A model generated the notes under the pieces. That model was not told the origin of the DNA and searched no databases. It was given only the letters and a program-made list of their open reading frames with translations. This document shows, piece by piece, positions 1 through 9,288 of a stretch of DNA of 64,000 nucleotides (position 1 is its first letter; each line of letters opens with the position of its first letter). The translations under genes were made by a program, and so were the position numbers. Source of the DNA: Methanotrichaceae archaeon (GTDB taxonomy: Archaea; Halobacteriota; Methanosarcinia; Methanotrichales; Methanotrichaceae); the NCBI GenBank assembly GCA_963803145.1, contig CAWDLW010000008.1, forward strand, positions 224,001 through 288,000. Reading direction: 5' to 3'.

Positions 1-302
1 CACCCTGTCAGGATTACTCCACCGGTCTCTGCCTGTCTCTTCAGATCCTCAATTTTCTCCCTAGACCAGCTTGCATTTGCTTTATAGAATGATGGATTGG
101 GCCTGACGACTATGGCATCCTTTGGGCAGAAGATGACGCATCTCTGGCATCCGGCGCATTTGTATTCATCAGATATAAGCCTGTCATGAACTTCGTCATA
201 ACTATGCGTGCCGAAGGCGCACTGACGCTCGCATCCACGGCACTGGCCGCATTTTTCTTCGTCCCTTATGATCTGGAACTCAGGAAACAGGAATGACTTC
301 AT
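1..302 (-). CDS. gltB2: Glutamate synthase FMN-binding subunit (archaeal GltB2) with N-terminal 2x[4Fe-4S] ferredoxin domain; 5' part only, runs off window
   Basis: Manual translation from ATG 302: MKSFLFPEFQIIRDEEKCGQCRGCERQCAF...CAGCQRCVIFCP...KRQAETGGVILTG; two CxxCxxCxxxC motifs; overlaps the gltB1 stop. Confidence 0.85.
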   Translation of the reverse strand, partial: MKSFLFPEFQIIRDEEKCGQCRGCERQCAFGTHSYDEVHDRLISDEYKCAGCQRCVIFCPKDAIVVRPNPSFYKANASWSREKIEDLKRQAETGGVILTG

Positions 303-1425
303 CTTTTACCATCCTTCTGCTTTTTAGCTCACCTATTACAGGCTCTCCCCCATCGGGCGTCCAGACATTGTCAAGCTCCGGCGAAATGAGCCTTATTGGC
401 GCCTCCTCAGATGATAAGTAAAACATAGGGCCTTTAGTAGCAGCAGTGAGCGGCCGAAGCCTAATTCTATCCGTAAGACCAATCATTCTGCCGCGCTGAC
501 CAATGATTATTGAGAATGGACCATTCATAAGCAATGGCCCGTAGACCATTCGGAGTGTTGTAAATAGCTTCTTATCTTTATCGTTCATTCTGTCGATTGC
601 ATCCCAGATCGGCGGTGCCAGTATCTTCGAGGCCACCTCGATTGGAAGGTTTTGCCTCCTCATTAGAAGATCTACGGCGTAGGTTATGACCTCGGTATCA
701 GTCTGTAAGGTGCATGCATATCCGTACATCTCGAGATACCAGCGGTTCGTTCCATAGGATGAGATCTCGCCGTTATGAACGACGGTCTGATCCAGAAGCC
801 CAAAGGGATGGGCTCCTCCCCACCATGCCTGGGTGTTTGTGGGAAATCTGCCGTGAGCAGTCCAGATATAGCCTCGATAAAGCTTATCCAGCATGAAGTA
901 TTCCGCAATCTCCTCAGGATAACCGACGCCCTTGAAGCAGCCCATGTCCTTTCCTGAAGAGAAGACGTAAACGTTGTCAAGTTTTGTGTTAACCCACATC
1001 ACTTTGGCGACAACATAATCGTCATCCGGGATCAGTACGTCGTCTCCTTTCTTGTTAGGAGCGACGAAGTACCTCCAGGCAAGGGGTGGGTCCTTCACCC
1101 AGACACTATCATCGTGAGGTATCTCTTCATCATGGACTATATCGAAGCAGCTGCAAAGGAAGGCTTCAAGCTCAGTCTTGGCGCGTACCTTGTCCTCGTG
1201 GCTAATGGCCGTGAACATGACATGAAACGCGTAATAATCCCTGAAATCAGGATAAATTCCGTAGACTGCAAACCCACCACCTAGGCCGTTGCCGCGGACG
1301 TGCATGTTTGTGATTGCCTTGATGACGCCCTCGCCTGTGAACCTATCCCCGTCCCGGTTCATAGCCCCGAAGATGGAGCAGGAACAGATCTCCTTATTGT
1401 AGAGCTCCCTTCTTTTCCTAGGCAT
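280..1425 (-). CDS. gltB1: Glutamate synthase glutamine amidotransferase subunit (class II GATase, GltB1)
   Basis: N-terminal CSIFG, RGNGLGGG, AHGRFPTNT, HPF, VHNGEI, TDTEV and DRIRLRP motifs; lies between glnA and gltB2. Confidence 0.9.
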   Translation of the reverse strand: MPRKRRELYNKEICSCSIFGAMNRDGDRFTGEGVIKAITNMHVRGNGLGGGFAVYGIYPDFRDYYAFHVMFTAISHEDKVRAKTELEAFLCSCFDIVHDEEIPHDDSVWVKDPPLAWRYFVAPNKKGDDVLIPDDDYVVAKVMWVNTKLDNVYVFSSGKDMGCFKGVGYPEEIAEYFMLDKLYRGYIWTAHGRFPTNTQAWWGGAHPFGLLDQTVVHNGEISSYGTNRWYLEMYGYACTLQTDTEVITYAVDLLMRRQNLPIEVASKILAPPIWDAIDRMNDKDKKLFTTLRMVYGPLLMNGPFSIIIGQRGRMIGLTDRIRLRPLTAATKGPMFYLSSEEAPIRLISPELDNVWTPDGGEPVIGELKSRRMVKDEVIPVS

Positions 1426-1510
1426 AATAATCTTAAACTCCAGCCATCATCTGAACGACTACATAAATGCTTTCAAGCGTGATGCAAGCCTGAAAAGGCT
1501 GCGATAAACG

Positions 1511-1549
1511 TTTTATAGCTATTTAAGAAATATTCATAAATTGTATGAA
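1511..1549 (-). promoter_or_regulatory. Putative gltB promoter with palindrome TTCATA-N5-TATGAA (1533-1549) next to a TATA-like tract
   Basis: Perfect 6-bp inverted repeat; same motif and spacing to TTTATAG found upstream of glnA. Confidence 0.65.
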
Positions 1550-1647
1550 CAAACCGTATCTTTGAAGACAGCGCATTATTTGCCACTATGATACTCCTTA
1601 ACTCATAATATTAATAAAAATAAAAATGTGAGGGGCTGAGGATAGCC

Positions 1648-2982
1648 CTATAGTAGCGGCAGATACCTCTCCAGCTCCCACTGAGTGACGCTTGTTCTAT
1701 AGCTGTCCCACTCGGCCTTCTTGTTATTTATGAATGCATTGAATACGTGCTCTCCGAGGGCCTCCTTTACAAGCTCGCTCTTCTCAGTGATTCCTATTGC
1801 CTCATTCAGACTGCCCGGCAGAGATCCAATTCCTGCTGCCTTTCTCTCATCCTCCGTCATATGGAAGATATTCTGCTCCTGGGGTGCAGCCAGATCATAT
1901 TTGTTGGCCATTCCGGCCAAGCCTGCGGCGAGCATCACAGAGAACGCTAGGTACGGGTTGGCTCCTGGATCGGGGCTTCTGTACTCAAGCCTCGTAGCGG
2001 TCTCCTTTCCTGGCTTATACATCGGAACTCTGATGAGCGCGGACCTATTTCGCCTCGACCAGCAGATGTAAACAGGTGCCTCATATCCTGGAACGAGTCT
2101 CTTGTAGGAGTTTACCCACTGGTTTGTGACTGCAGTGATCTCTGGAGCATGCTTCAGAAGGCCTGCGATGTAGTACTTGGCTTCATCTGAGAGATGGTAT
2201 TGATCGCCAGCGTTGAACATGATATTCTTCTTGCCCTGGAAAAGGGACTGGTGGACGTGCATTCCTGAGCCGTTCTGGCCGAAGATTGGCTTCGGCATGA
2301 ATGTCGCATAGCAACCGTATTTCTGGGCGATCTCCTTCACTGTAATCCTGAAGGTCATTACCTGATCTGCCATTGACAAAGCATCGCTGTACCTCATATC
2401 GATCTCATGCTGTGAAGGAGCGACCTCGTGGTGGCTGAACTCAACATCGATTCCGAGCGCATCCAATGCGAGGACGGTATCGCGGCGGAGGTCGGATGCC
2501 GCATCCAGAGTTGTCAGGTCGAAGTATCCTCCCTTATCCAGTATCTCTGTGCCCTGATCGTTCTTGAAATAAAAGAACTCAGGCTCTGGACCGACATAGA
2601 AGGTATAACCCTTATCCTTGATGCGTGCGAGATTTTTCTTAAGGATCTGCCTCGGGTCACCCTCATATGGAGTACCATTAGGATTCTGGATGTCGCCGAA
2701 CAGCCTTGCTACAGCATTCTCCTGCTGTCTCCATGGGATGATCCTGAATGTGGTTGGATCGGGCTTTAAGATCATATCGCTCTCTTCGATTGATTGGAAT
2801 CCCGTGATGGATGAGCCATCAAATCCCATGCCCTCGGAAAACGCTCCATCAAGCTCATTGGTATTTATGGCAAAGCTCTTTGGAACTCCTAGGATATCTG
2901 TAAACCACAGTCTCACAAATCTTACATCATACTTATCTATTGCAGCAAAGACATCGTCTTTTGTCTTTATTTGCATGTCCAT
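1648..2982 (-). CDS. glnA: Glutamine synthetase type I
   Basis: FDGSSI, HHEVAPSQHEI, TFMPKP, NGSGMHVHQS, NSYKRLVPGYEAP and EYRSPD motifs. Confidence 0.98.
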   Translation of the reverse strand: MDMQIKTKDDVFAAIDKYDVRFVRLWFTDILGVPKSFAINTNELDGAFSEGMGFDGSSITGFQSIEESDMILKPDPTTFRIIPWRQQENAVARLFGDIQNPNGTPYEGDPRQILKKNLARIKDKGYTFYVGPEPEFFYFKNDQGTEILDKGGYFDLTTLDAASDLRRDTVLALDALGIDVEFSHHEVAPSQHEIDMRYSDALSMADQVMTFRITVKEIAQKYGCYATFMPKPIFGQNGSGMHVHQSLFQGKKNIMFNAGDQYHLSDEAKYYIAGLLKHAPEITAVTNQWVNSYKRLVPGYEAPVYICWSRRNRSALIRVPMYKPGKETATRLEYRSPDPGANPYLAFSVMLAAGLAGMANKYDLAAPQEQNIFHMTEDERKAAGIGSLPGSLNEAIGITEKSELVKEALGEHVFNAFINNKKAEWDSYRTSVTQWELERYLPLL

Positions 2983-3016
2983 ATTAATCCTCCTGAAACC
3001 ACTTTTTCTGTACGCA

Positions 3017-3055
3017 ATTTATAGATATTTGAGATCCCTTCATAATGTTTATGAA
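3017..3055 (-). promoter_or_regulatory. Putative glnA promoter with palindrome TTCATA-N5-TATGAA (3039-3055)
   Basis: Perfect 6-bp inverted repeat; 3017-3055 aligns without gaps to 1511-1549. Confidence 0.65.
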
Positions 3056-3371
3056 AAGTTATGAGCATAAAAAAAGTATTTATAACCTTAATTATTGTGG
3101 AAATAAACGACATATTAAGTATGGAAAATACCATAAAGCGAAGAGCTTAGGATGGAAAATGGCGATGTATTTAAAGCATGCGCTTATTCATGTGGAACGT
3201 GTTTTATGCAGTTTCTGACGGATTCTAATGCATCAAGATTTAGCGGTTTAATCAGTATAGGATTACTCGGAATATATAAGAGCAATTAGTATTAAACCAT
3301 CCTTATCCTAAACACAATAGAAAACCAAAATCTTTATCAGCTATGAAGGATGGCATTCACCTGGTGTTGAT

Positions 3372-3491
3372 ATGGATTTAGTAACAGCAGTTGAATTTCT
3401 CCAAGCCCTGATAGTGTTGGTAATCTTCATACTGATACTGGCTACTGGGTTTAAAGTCTGGCGCAAAAACTACTCGGTCCCACCCAGGTAA
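3372..3491 (+). CDS. Small single-pass membrane protein (39 aa), below ORF-track cutoff
   Basis: MDLVTAVEFLQALIVLVIFILILATGFKVWRKNYSVPPR; GGTG SD-like motif upstream, TTTATCA TATA-like at ~3333; hydrophobic helix followed by basic residues. Confidence 0.6.
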   Translation: MDLVTAVEFLQALIVLVIFILILATGFKVWRKNYSVPPR

Positions 3492-3699
3492 ACCATCGCG
3501 AACTCTCATAAACTGTTTTTAGGCTGTTAGCGTTGCTTGGGTTCGCCGCACATAGACGGCTGGGTTAAATTAGGACTTGATTATAACATTCCTATATACA
3601 AGATATTATTGGTATCATTATTACTAGAGTTTTGGATATAAAATGAAAATAGGATCTAATATTTAGCGCTTGTAGCGTCGTTGGATAATGGAGATTCTA

Positions 3700-4584
3700 T
3701 TATAATGGAGATCCTATTATATCCCTGGCAGCAGAAACCACACCTGCCCATGTGTTCGCTGTAGACTGGGTGAACCTGTATCCCGATTTCTCTGCGGTTA
3801 TAATGTAAAAGCCTGTAGCAACATCCATGCCGTAGTATCCGAATGCATCTGTCTTTGTGCTGAAGTATCCGCCTTCACCGCTTGACATTGTAATCTTCAC
3901 GCCAGGTACGCCGTTTCCATTTTGATCAATGACCCGACCTGTCAGGCTGTAGGATGTCGGATAGCCTCCGGAACCTACAGCGACTATAAGGCTATTGCTG
4001 AATAGACCTACTGAGGCAAACTGGTACTGGTGAGGATCAAGCGTATCAGAGAATAATCCCTCAATCTTGTACCAACCAGGCGTCAGGTAGCCCTGAGTCA
4101 ATATCGCTTGGCCGTGATCATATAATGCAAAGCTGCCACTGCCGATAACATGTGCCCACAGCACAAAAGGCTCTCCCAGCATAACACTGCCCTGAGACTG
4201 CAGTCCGGGTCCGCGCTGGAGATAGAGCTGATTCTGATATGGCACGTAGCCCTCGACCGCTAGTTTCTCCTCTGATGGGTCAGTCTGCTGCAGCCGTAGG
4301 CCGCCATTATATGATCCTGAAGCGTATGGATGATATCCCGGACCATAAGGGTCCCAATCAGGTCTTCCGAGTGTCGGCTGATATCCTGAACCGTACGGGT
4401 CCCAATCGGGCCTGCCTGCCGAATATGGATTTATCCAATCTTCTGCCTGCTGTTGCGCCTGGCTGCCGCTGATGACGGGTGTTCCCAGATAATCGTATCC
4501 TTTGCTGTCTCCCATACCTTGGGAGCATGCTGTTCCTATAAGAAGGAAAATCAGCATTAACACTACTGAGTACCTTACCCACAT
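3700..4584 (-). CDS. Secreted protein with C-terminal carboxypeptidase-regulatory-like (beta-sandwich) domain
   Basis: Signal peptide; duplicated GRPDWDPYG; YSLTGRVIDQNGNGVPGV...TDAFGYY...ITAEKSGY motif. Confidence 0.8.
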   Translation of the reverse strand: MWVRYSVVLMLIFLLIGTACSQGMGDSKGYDYLGTPVISGSQAQQQAEDWINPYSAGRPDWDPYGSGYQPTLGRPDWDPYGPGYHPYASGSYNGGLRLQQTDPSEEKLAVEGYVPYQNQLYLQRGPGLQSQGSVMLGEPFVLWAHVIGSGSFALYDHGQAILTQGYLTPGWYKIEGLFSDTLDPHQYQFASVGLFSNSLIVAVGSGGYPTSYSLTGRVIDQNGNGVPGVKITMSSGEGGYFSTKTDAFGYYGMDVATGFYIITAEKSGYRFTQSTANTWAGVVSAARDIIGSPL

Positions 4585-4832
4585 CCGAATTCCCCAATTA
4601 TCGGTATTATTCTATTGCACTTAAAGATTATGGGAGGAATGGCCAAAAAAACTACAGTTCAATCGCTCCTAGGAGTTTCTATAGGCTTTCAGTTAGACTT
4701 AGATACCTCAGCGGAAATAAAAGTAGAGAACGTGCTGAGTAATGGAACTTGGGATTAGGGCATGAAAGGTATAGGATAAAAGAACGAGAGATGCAATATA
4801 ATTTACATTAACCCTTAAAGGTTTGTACTTTC

Positions 4833-5561
4833 TCAACCCAAGACAATTGTTCTTGACCCAGTGAGATCGAAGTTCGTTGTATTTCCCGGAGTAATAAAGA
4901 CAACGCGCGGCGGGATGCCATAGCCCGACTTCTTGGGCTCAAGCGTATGCATCCCAGCGCTAAGGGCAAGATGATAGTTCCCCTGCACATCGGTAGATGC
5001 CGATGCTGGAGATCCGTCAACCCCTATGCTTGCAAAGGGTATGCCTGCTCCGCTTTGATCCACGATTCTGCCTTGAACCCATCCAGTGCCGCTTGCGCCT
5101 GTATAATATGCAGTTCCCGATGGATATGTAGATCCAGATGGGTACTGGTTGAAGGCATTAGGTGTTGTGACGTTAGTTGTCGTGACATTAGTCGTCGTGA
5201 TACCAGTTGCCGGATAGCCTATAATCCTCGGCGCAACAGCTTCTGTGTCTGGTCGGACCTGAGAAGCAGCTGATGTGAAGCTGAATCCCGGAAGCTCGGC
5301 GGTTATGGTATAATTGCCTGGAGGTATATTGAAACCGTAGTAGCCTGTGGCATTTGAAGTTGCATTAAATGCTTTGCTCTCGTTTCCAATTATCCAAACC
5401 GTGACTCCAGATATGCCGAACCCGGCTGCATCAACTACTTGTCCTGTTAAGTCGTAGCCCGTCAAGTTCCCGCCAGGTTCTGCTGGATTCTGAGAATATG
5501 CAGTTCCTATCAGAAGGAGAGCCAACGCCAACATTACTAAATACTTTACCGGCATCTGCAT
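4833..5561 (-). CDS. Secreted protein with two carboxypeptidase-regulatory-like domains (start corrected from 5702 to ATG 5561/5555)
   Basis: Signal peptide MPVKYLVMLALALLLIGTAYSQ; LTGQVVDAAG and VQGRIVDQSG domains with a Thr-rich linker. Confidence 0.8.
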   Translation of the reverse strand: MQMPVKYLVMLALALLLIGTAYSQNPAEPGGNLTGYDLTGQVVDAAGFGISGVTVWIIGNESKAFNATSNATGYYGFNIPPGNYTITAELPGFSFTSAASQVRPDTEAVAPRIIGYPATGITTTNVTTTNVTTPNAFNQYPSGSTYPSGTAYYTGASGTGWVQGRIVDQSGAGIPFASIGVDGSPASASTDVQGNYHLALSAGMHTLEPKKSGYGIPPRVVFITPGNTTNFDLTGSRTIVLG

Positions 5562-5640
5562 TCTTAGACTACTATTATCAGCTTTACACTTAAAGTTTAT
5601 GGGGGATGAGAGGCATTTTCGAATAACGGAAATTTTTGAG

Positions 5641-6861
5641 CTATTCAGCTCGCAAAGCCTCGATAGGGTCAAGCCTCGCGGCCCTATTTGCGGGGTAGAC
5701 ACCTGCGATTGTCGTCGTCAGCACCCCAAACAGCAATCCTATGGCAATAGACATCGGTGTTATAGCCGAGGGCATTCCTCCAAGTGATCCTATGGCTAGT
5801 GATACAAGTACTCCCAGAGCTATGCCGATGACGCTGCTTACAATGCCGAGGACTCCCGCTTCAAGCAGGTACTGAAGCCTGATATCCCTCATAGTCGCGC
5901 CCAGGGCCTTCATGACGCCTATTTCACGTATGCGCTCCTTAACTGTGAGCATCATGACATTGGCGATCCCTATTCCTCCCACGACCAGAGATATCGCGCC
6001 TATACCTCCCAGGGCATACTGGATCATGGTCAATATGCTCAGCAGCGACGAGAGCATGTCCCTGGCGGTCGTTGCATCATATGCCTCGTTCTTGTGATAC
6101 CTCTGGAGATCGGTTTTGATCCTATCGACCACACTGTCTGTTTGCGCAGGATCCTCAACCGTTACCAGGAAGGTCTCGTAATAATAATTCTCCCTGCCAA
6201 GCAGCTCCTTCATGGCCTTGTGAGTTATATACATCTGGGTATTAGGGTTGCTGCCAGGGCCTCCAAACGATGACTGCTGTTGATCCTGAAGGACACTAAC
6301 TACTTTGAAGTCCATGTAGCGGTCCTGATAGTATAATCGTATCCTGTTTCCAGGAGTTATCTTCATCCTGAAGAGCCCCTCTGAAACACCATTTCCGATA
6401 ACAATCGATTTATAATCGGAGTCCGTGAGGAACCGACCTAGCGCAACTTTGCTTTTGAGGTCATCCTCATTCTTCGGATCGATGCCTGTTAAGCTGGCGG
6501 AAGCATTCTTATCGCGGAAGGCTATCACTACTCCAGCAGATGTTTCTGGCGCAACATTCTTGACTCCAACTATATTTTCAAGAGCTTTGGTGTCTTTATC
6601 TGTGAACTTGGCAGGCTCTTCTGCAGGCTTGTTCAGCTGGTTGCCTGGTCCAAAGTTAAAAGTGCCCGGTATCACGCGTACTACGTCCAGATTGAACGCG
6701 CTGAACTGTGAGGATACGCCGGAGTACAGCCCCTGTCCTACAGAGAGCATCACCACTATGGCCATGACTCCAATGATGATTCCGAGGGAGGACATAAGCG
6801 TTTTAAACCTGTCGGCTTTGAAGCCGACGGCTATGAACTCCAGCATATCAGGTAGCTTCAT
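5641..6861 (-). CDS. ABC transporter permease, MacB/FtsX family
   Basis: LGIIIGV N-terminal TM, large extracellular domain, GGIGIANVM...KERIREIGVMKALGA and PANRAARLDPIEALR motifs. Confidence 0.95.
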   Translation of the reverse strand: MKLPDMLEFIAVGFKADRFKTLMSSLGIIIGVMAIVVMLSVGQGLYSGVSSQFSAFNLDVVRVIPGTFNFGPGNQLNKPAEEPAKFTDKDTKALENIVGVKNVAPETSAGVVIAFRDKNASASLTGIDPKNEDDLKSKVALGRFLTDSDYKSIVIGNGVSEGLFRMKITPGNRIRLYYQDRYMDFKVVSVLQDQQQSSFGGPGSNPNTQMYITHKAMKELLGRENYYYETFLVTVEDPAQTDSVVDRIKTDLQRYHKNEAYDATTARDMLSSLLSILTMIQYALGGIGAISLVVGGIGIANVMMLTVKERIREIGVMKALGATMRDIRLQYLLEAGVLGIVSSVIGIALGVLVSLAIGSLGGMPSAITPMSIAIGLLFGVLTTTIAGVYPANRAARLDPIEALRAE

Positions 6862-6896
6862 CTGTTCCTCCTGGCTTTATTTGAACCCGGAACATT

Positions 6897-7787
6897 TTAT
6901 ACCTGTTTTTTGGTTTTGGAGTTCTTCCGGCGCCTGTACAGGTAAAAGCCTCCACCTGCTATTATCAGCACAGCTGTTATGCTGGCGGGCAGCAGGAAGC
7001 CGCTTCGGTTTGAGCTGTTTGTAGGTGGCATATAGCTGGCAACGTATGCCCCTGAATGATGCCAGTTATCTCCGTTCTTGAACTCTGATACGAAGCTCAT
7101 GTTGGTGGGACCCAGGATCTGCTTCGATCCGTTGGAATCTATCCCAAAACTTATAGTGAAGACCTCGTCAGGGTCCATAGTGCCGATGTAATATTGGTCT
7201 GGCGAGAATCTGATGCCTGCAGCGGTTGGAACGATTGTGACTGCATTGAGAGTATTCTCTCTTGGGTTGGCAATATTCAGATCTATGCTCGGCTTGGTTG
7301 GCACATCTGCCCGAGCAATGTTCACAGCCGCGGAATCTACCTGGACAGGAATCTCGCGGTTGATCTGAATCATATCATCACCACCTTGTACATTAAAATC
7401 CAGGAAGTAAGTTCCACTTGGGGTATTCTCATTTGCCTTGATTTTGTAGTAGAGCGTGATCTTATCATCCGGTCCGATCATGCCCAGATCATTATAATCT
7501 GGGCTTACGACCTGAATTTCATTCGTTCCCTTTAGAGTCGTCTGGTTTATGGGCGTGGATAAGATAGTGCCTGTAGCTGAGGTGCCTGCTCCAGCCGATC
7601 CGCCTGCACCATAGGCTGCTGCACCGTTCTGAAGCTCGATTGCCACAACAGCCTCGTCTCCGGGCATGAGCACAGAAGGCGTGATCGTAGGCTGGATGTT
7701 AACAGGCATATGATACTCATAAGCTGCCGCTGATCCAATTATCAGGGCCAGCAGCATTGAAACTGAAATTAAAAAAGCTCGCTTCAT
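6897..7787 (-). CDS. COG1361-like S-layer/Ig-fold exported protein accompanying the MacB-type ABC system
   Basis: Signal peptide, PSVLMPGD motif, C-terminal TM plus basic tail; lies between ATPase and permease. Confidence 0.75.
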   Translation of the reverse strand: MKRAFLISVSMLLALIIGSAAAYEYHMPVNIQPTITPSVLMPGDEAVVAIELQNGAAAYGAGGSAGAGTSATGTILSTPINQTTLKGTNEIQVVSPDYNDLGMIGPDDKITLYYKIKANENTPSGTYFLDFNVQGGDDMIQINREIPVQVDSAAVNIARADVPTKPSIDLNIANPRENTLNAVTIVPTAAGIRFSPDQYYIGTMDPDEVFTISFGIDSNGSKQILGPTNMSFVSEFKNGDNWHHSGAYVASYMPPTNSSNRSGFLLPASITAVLIIAGGGFYLYRRRKNSKTKKQV

Positions 7788-8461
7788 GCTGAATCCTCAA
7801 GTATTCGCCCATCTCTGAGCCTGATGACTCTGTTGCAATCTTTAGTTATCTCAGGATTGTGTGTGACCATGATAATGGTTCTTCCTTCATTATGTAAATT
7901 TTTCATAATTTCCATAATCTCATCACTGCTTCTCAGATCGAGGTTGCCGGTAGGCTCGTCTGCAATAATGATCTTTGGATCGTTTGCGAGTGCCCGAGCA
8001 ATGGCTACCCTCTGACGCTCGCCACCGGATATTTTGAGTGGGCTGAAATCAGACCTGTGCTCAAGCCCTACGGCCTTAAGAAGCTGCAGGGCTCTGATGC
8101 GCCTTTCCTCACGTGGAACCTCGCTCAGCATCATTGGAACCTCGACGTTCTTCAGAACCGATATCCGGCCTATAAGGTTGAAGGTCTGAAATATAAATCC
8201 GAGCTCCTCTCTTCTGGCTCGCGCAAGCTCCTCGTCCGGCAGCTGGCTCACGTCTTTATCAAGAAGCAAATACTTCCCTCGAGTCGGCCTGTCCAGGCAG
8301 CCCACTATATTCATGAGCGTTGATTTGCCGCTGCCCGACGGACCCATGAGCGCTATGAACTCGCCCTGATCTATTCCGAGGTTGATACCCTTCAGAACTG
8401 CTATCTCGCTGTCTCCGATCAGGTAACTCTTCTCTATATCTACTAGATCTACTACCTTCAT
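7784..8461 (-). CDS. ABC transporter ATP-binding protein, LolD/MacB type
   Basis: GPSGSGKST, ISGGERQRVAIARAL, ADEPTGNLD. Confidence 0.96.
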   Translation of the reverse strand: MKVVDLVDIEKSYLIGDSEIAVLKGINLGIDQGEFIALMGPSGSGKSTLMNIVGCLDRPTRGKYLLLDKDVSQLPDEELARARREELGFIFQTFNLIGRISVLKNVEVPMMLSEVPREERRIRALQLLKAVGLEHRSDFSPLKISGGERQRVAIARALANDPKIIIADEPTGNLDLRSSDEIMEIMKNLHNEGRTIIMVTHNPEITKDCNRVIRLRDGRILEDSA

Positions 8462-8514
8462 GCCTTCCTGCCTTCAGATCTTCGTGCCTTCCAAGCTCGA
8501 TTCATTTCCCATGC

Positions 8515-9288
8515 TCACTTTATTTCGCTCGTCTCAAATAGGTACGCACCGAGGCCGAGCATCGCAGCGCAGACAACAACCAGCACTATGAAATCCAGAG
8601 CAATCGGAAAAGTGCCGACTCCGATCAGGCTGTGTCTAAGCCCATCTACTCCGTAGGTAAGGGGATTCAGGTAGGCTAGAGTCTTGATGACTGGTGGGAA
8701 TCTATCAAGAGGGAACAAGGCTCCTGAGAGGAAGAACAACGGGAATATGAGGAAGTTCATTATCAGGCTGAAGCCCGACATATCCTCCATCTTTGAGGCA
8801 AAAGCCAAACCTAATCCAATGAACGCAGTGGCTATGAGAAACATGAATACAAGAGATATTATGACGCCTTGTATGCTCGGTATGATCATGCCCAGCAGTA
8901 TCCCTGAAAATAATATGATGAGCGCTTGTATGATCGCCGTAGTGACACCGCCGACTGTGCGGCCAAGGACAATGGCGATTCTGCTGACAGGGGCGACCAT
9001 AATCTCCTTTAAGAAGCCGAACTGTCTATCCCAGAGGACAGAGAGCCCTGCAAATGTGGAGGAGAAGAGCAGAGTCATGCCAATAATTCCTGGAGTCAGG
9101 AAGCTGACGTAGCCAACTCCCTGAGGGATTCCTGGGAGTGCTGCTGCTGTTGACCCAAATCCAATCCCAAGAAATGCCAGGAAGAAAAATGGGGATGCCA
9201 GTGATCCTACCAGTCTACTCCTGAGCCTGACGAAGCGCAGCATTTCTCTAAGCCAGATGCTGTAAATTGCATTGAGATCCTGCTTCAT
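8515..9288 (-). CDS. ABC-2 type transporter permease (DrrB-like)
   Basis: Six hydrophobic segments, DRQFGFLKEIMVAP, NPLTYGVDGLR. Confidence 0.93.
   Translation of the reverse strand: MKQDLNAIYSIWLREMLRFVRLRSRLVGSLASPFFFLAFLGIGFGSTAAALPGIPQGVGYVSFLTPGIIGMTLLFSSTFAGLSVLWDRQFGFLKEIMVAPVSRIAIVLGRTVGGVTTAIIQALIILFSGILLGMIIPSIQGVIISLVFMFLIATAFIGLGLAFASKMEDMSGFSLIMNFLIFPLFFLSGALFPLDRFPPVIKTLAYLNPLTYGVDGLRHSLIGVGTFPIALDFIVLVVVCAAMLGLGAYLFETSEIK

Noticed and set aside
2983-3370. NrpR operator GGAA-N6-TTCC upstream of glnA
   Set aside because: Several GGAA half-sites, but none followed by TTCC at the right spacing.
5562-5702. N-terminal extension of ORF 4833-5702
   Set aside because: It overlaps the permease 3' end; the signal peptide begins at ATG 5561/5555.
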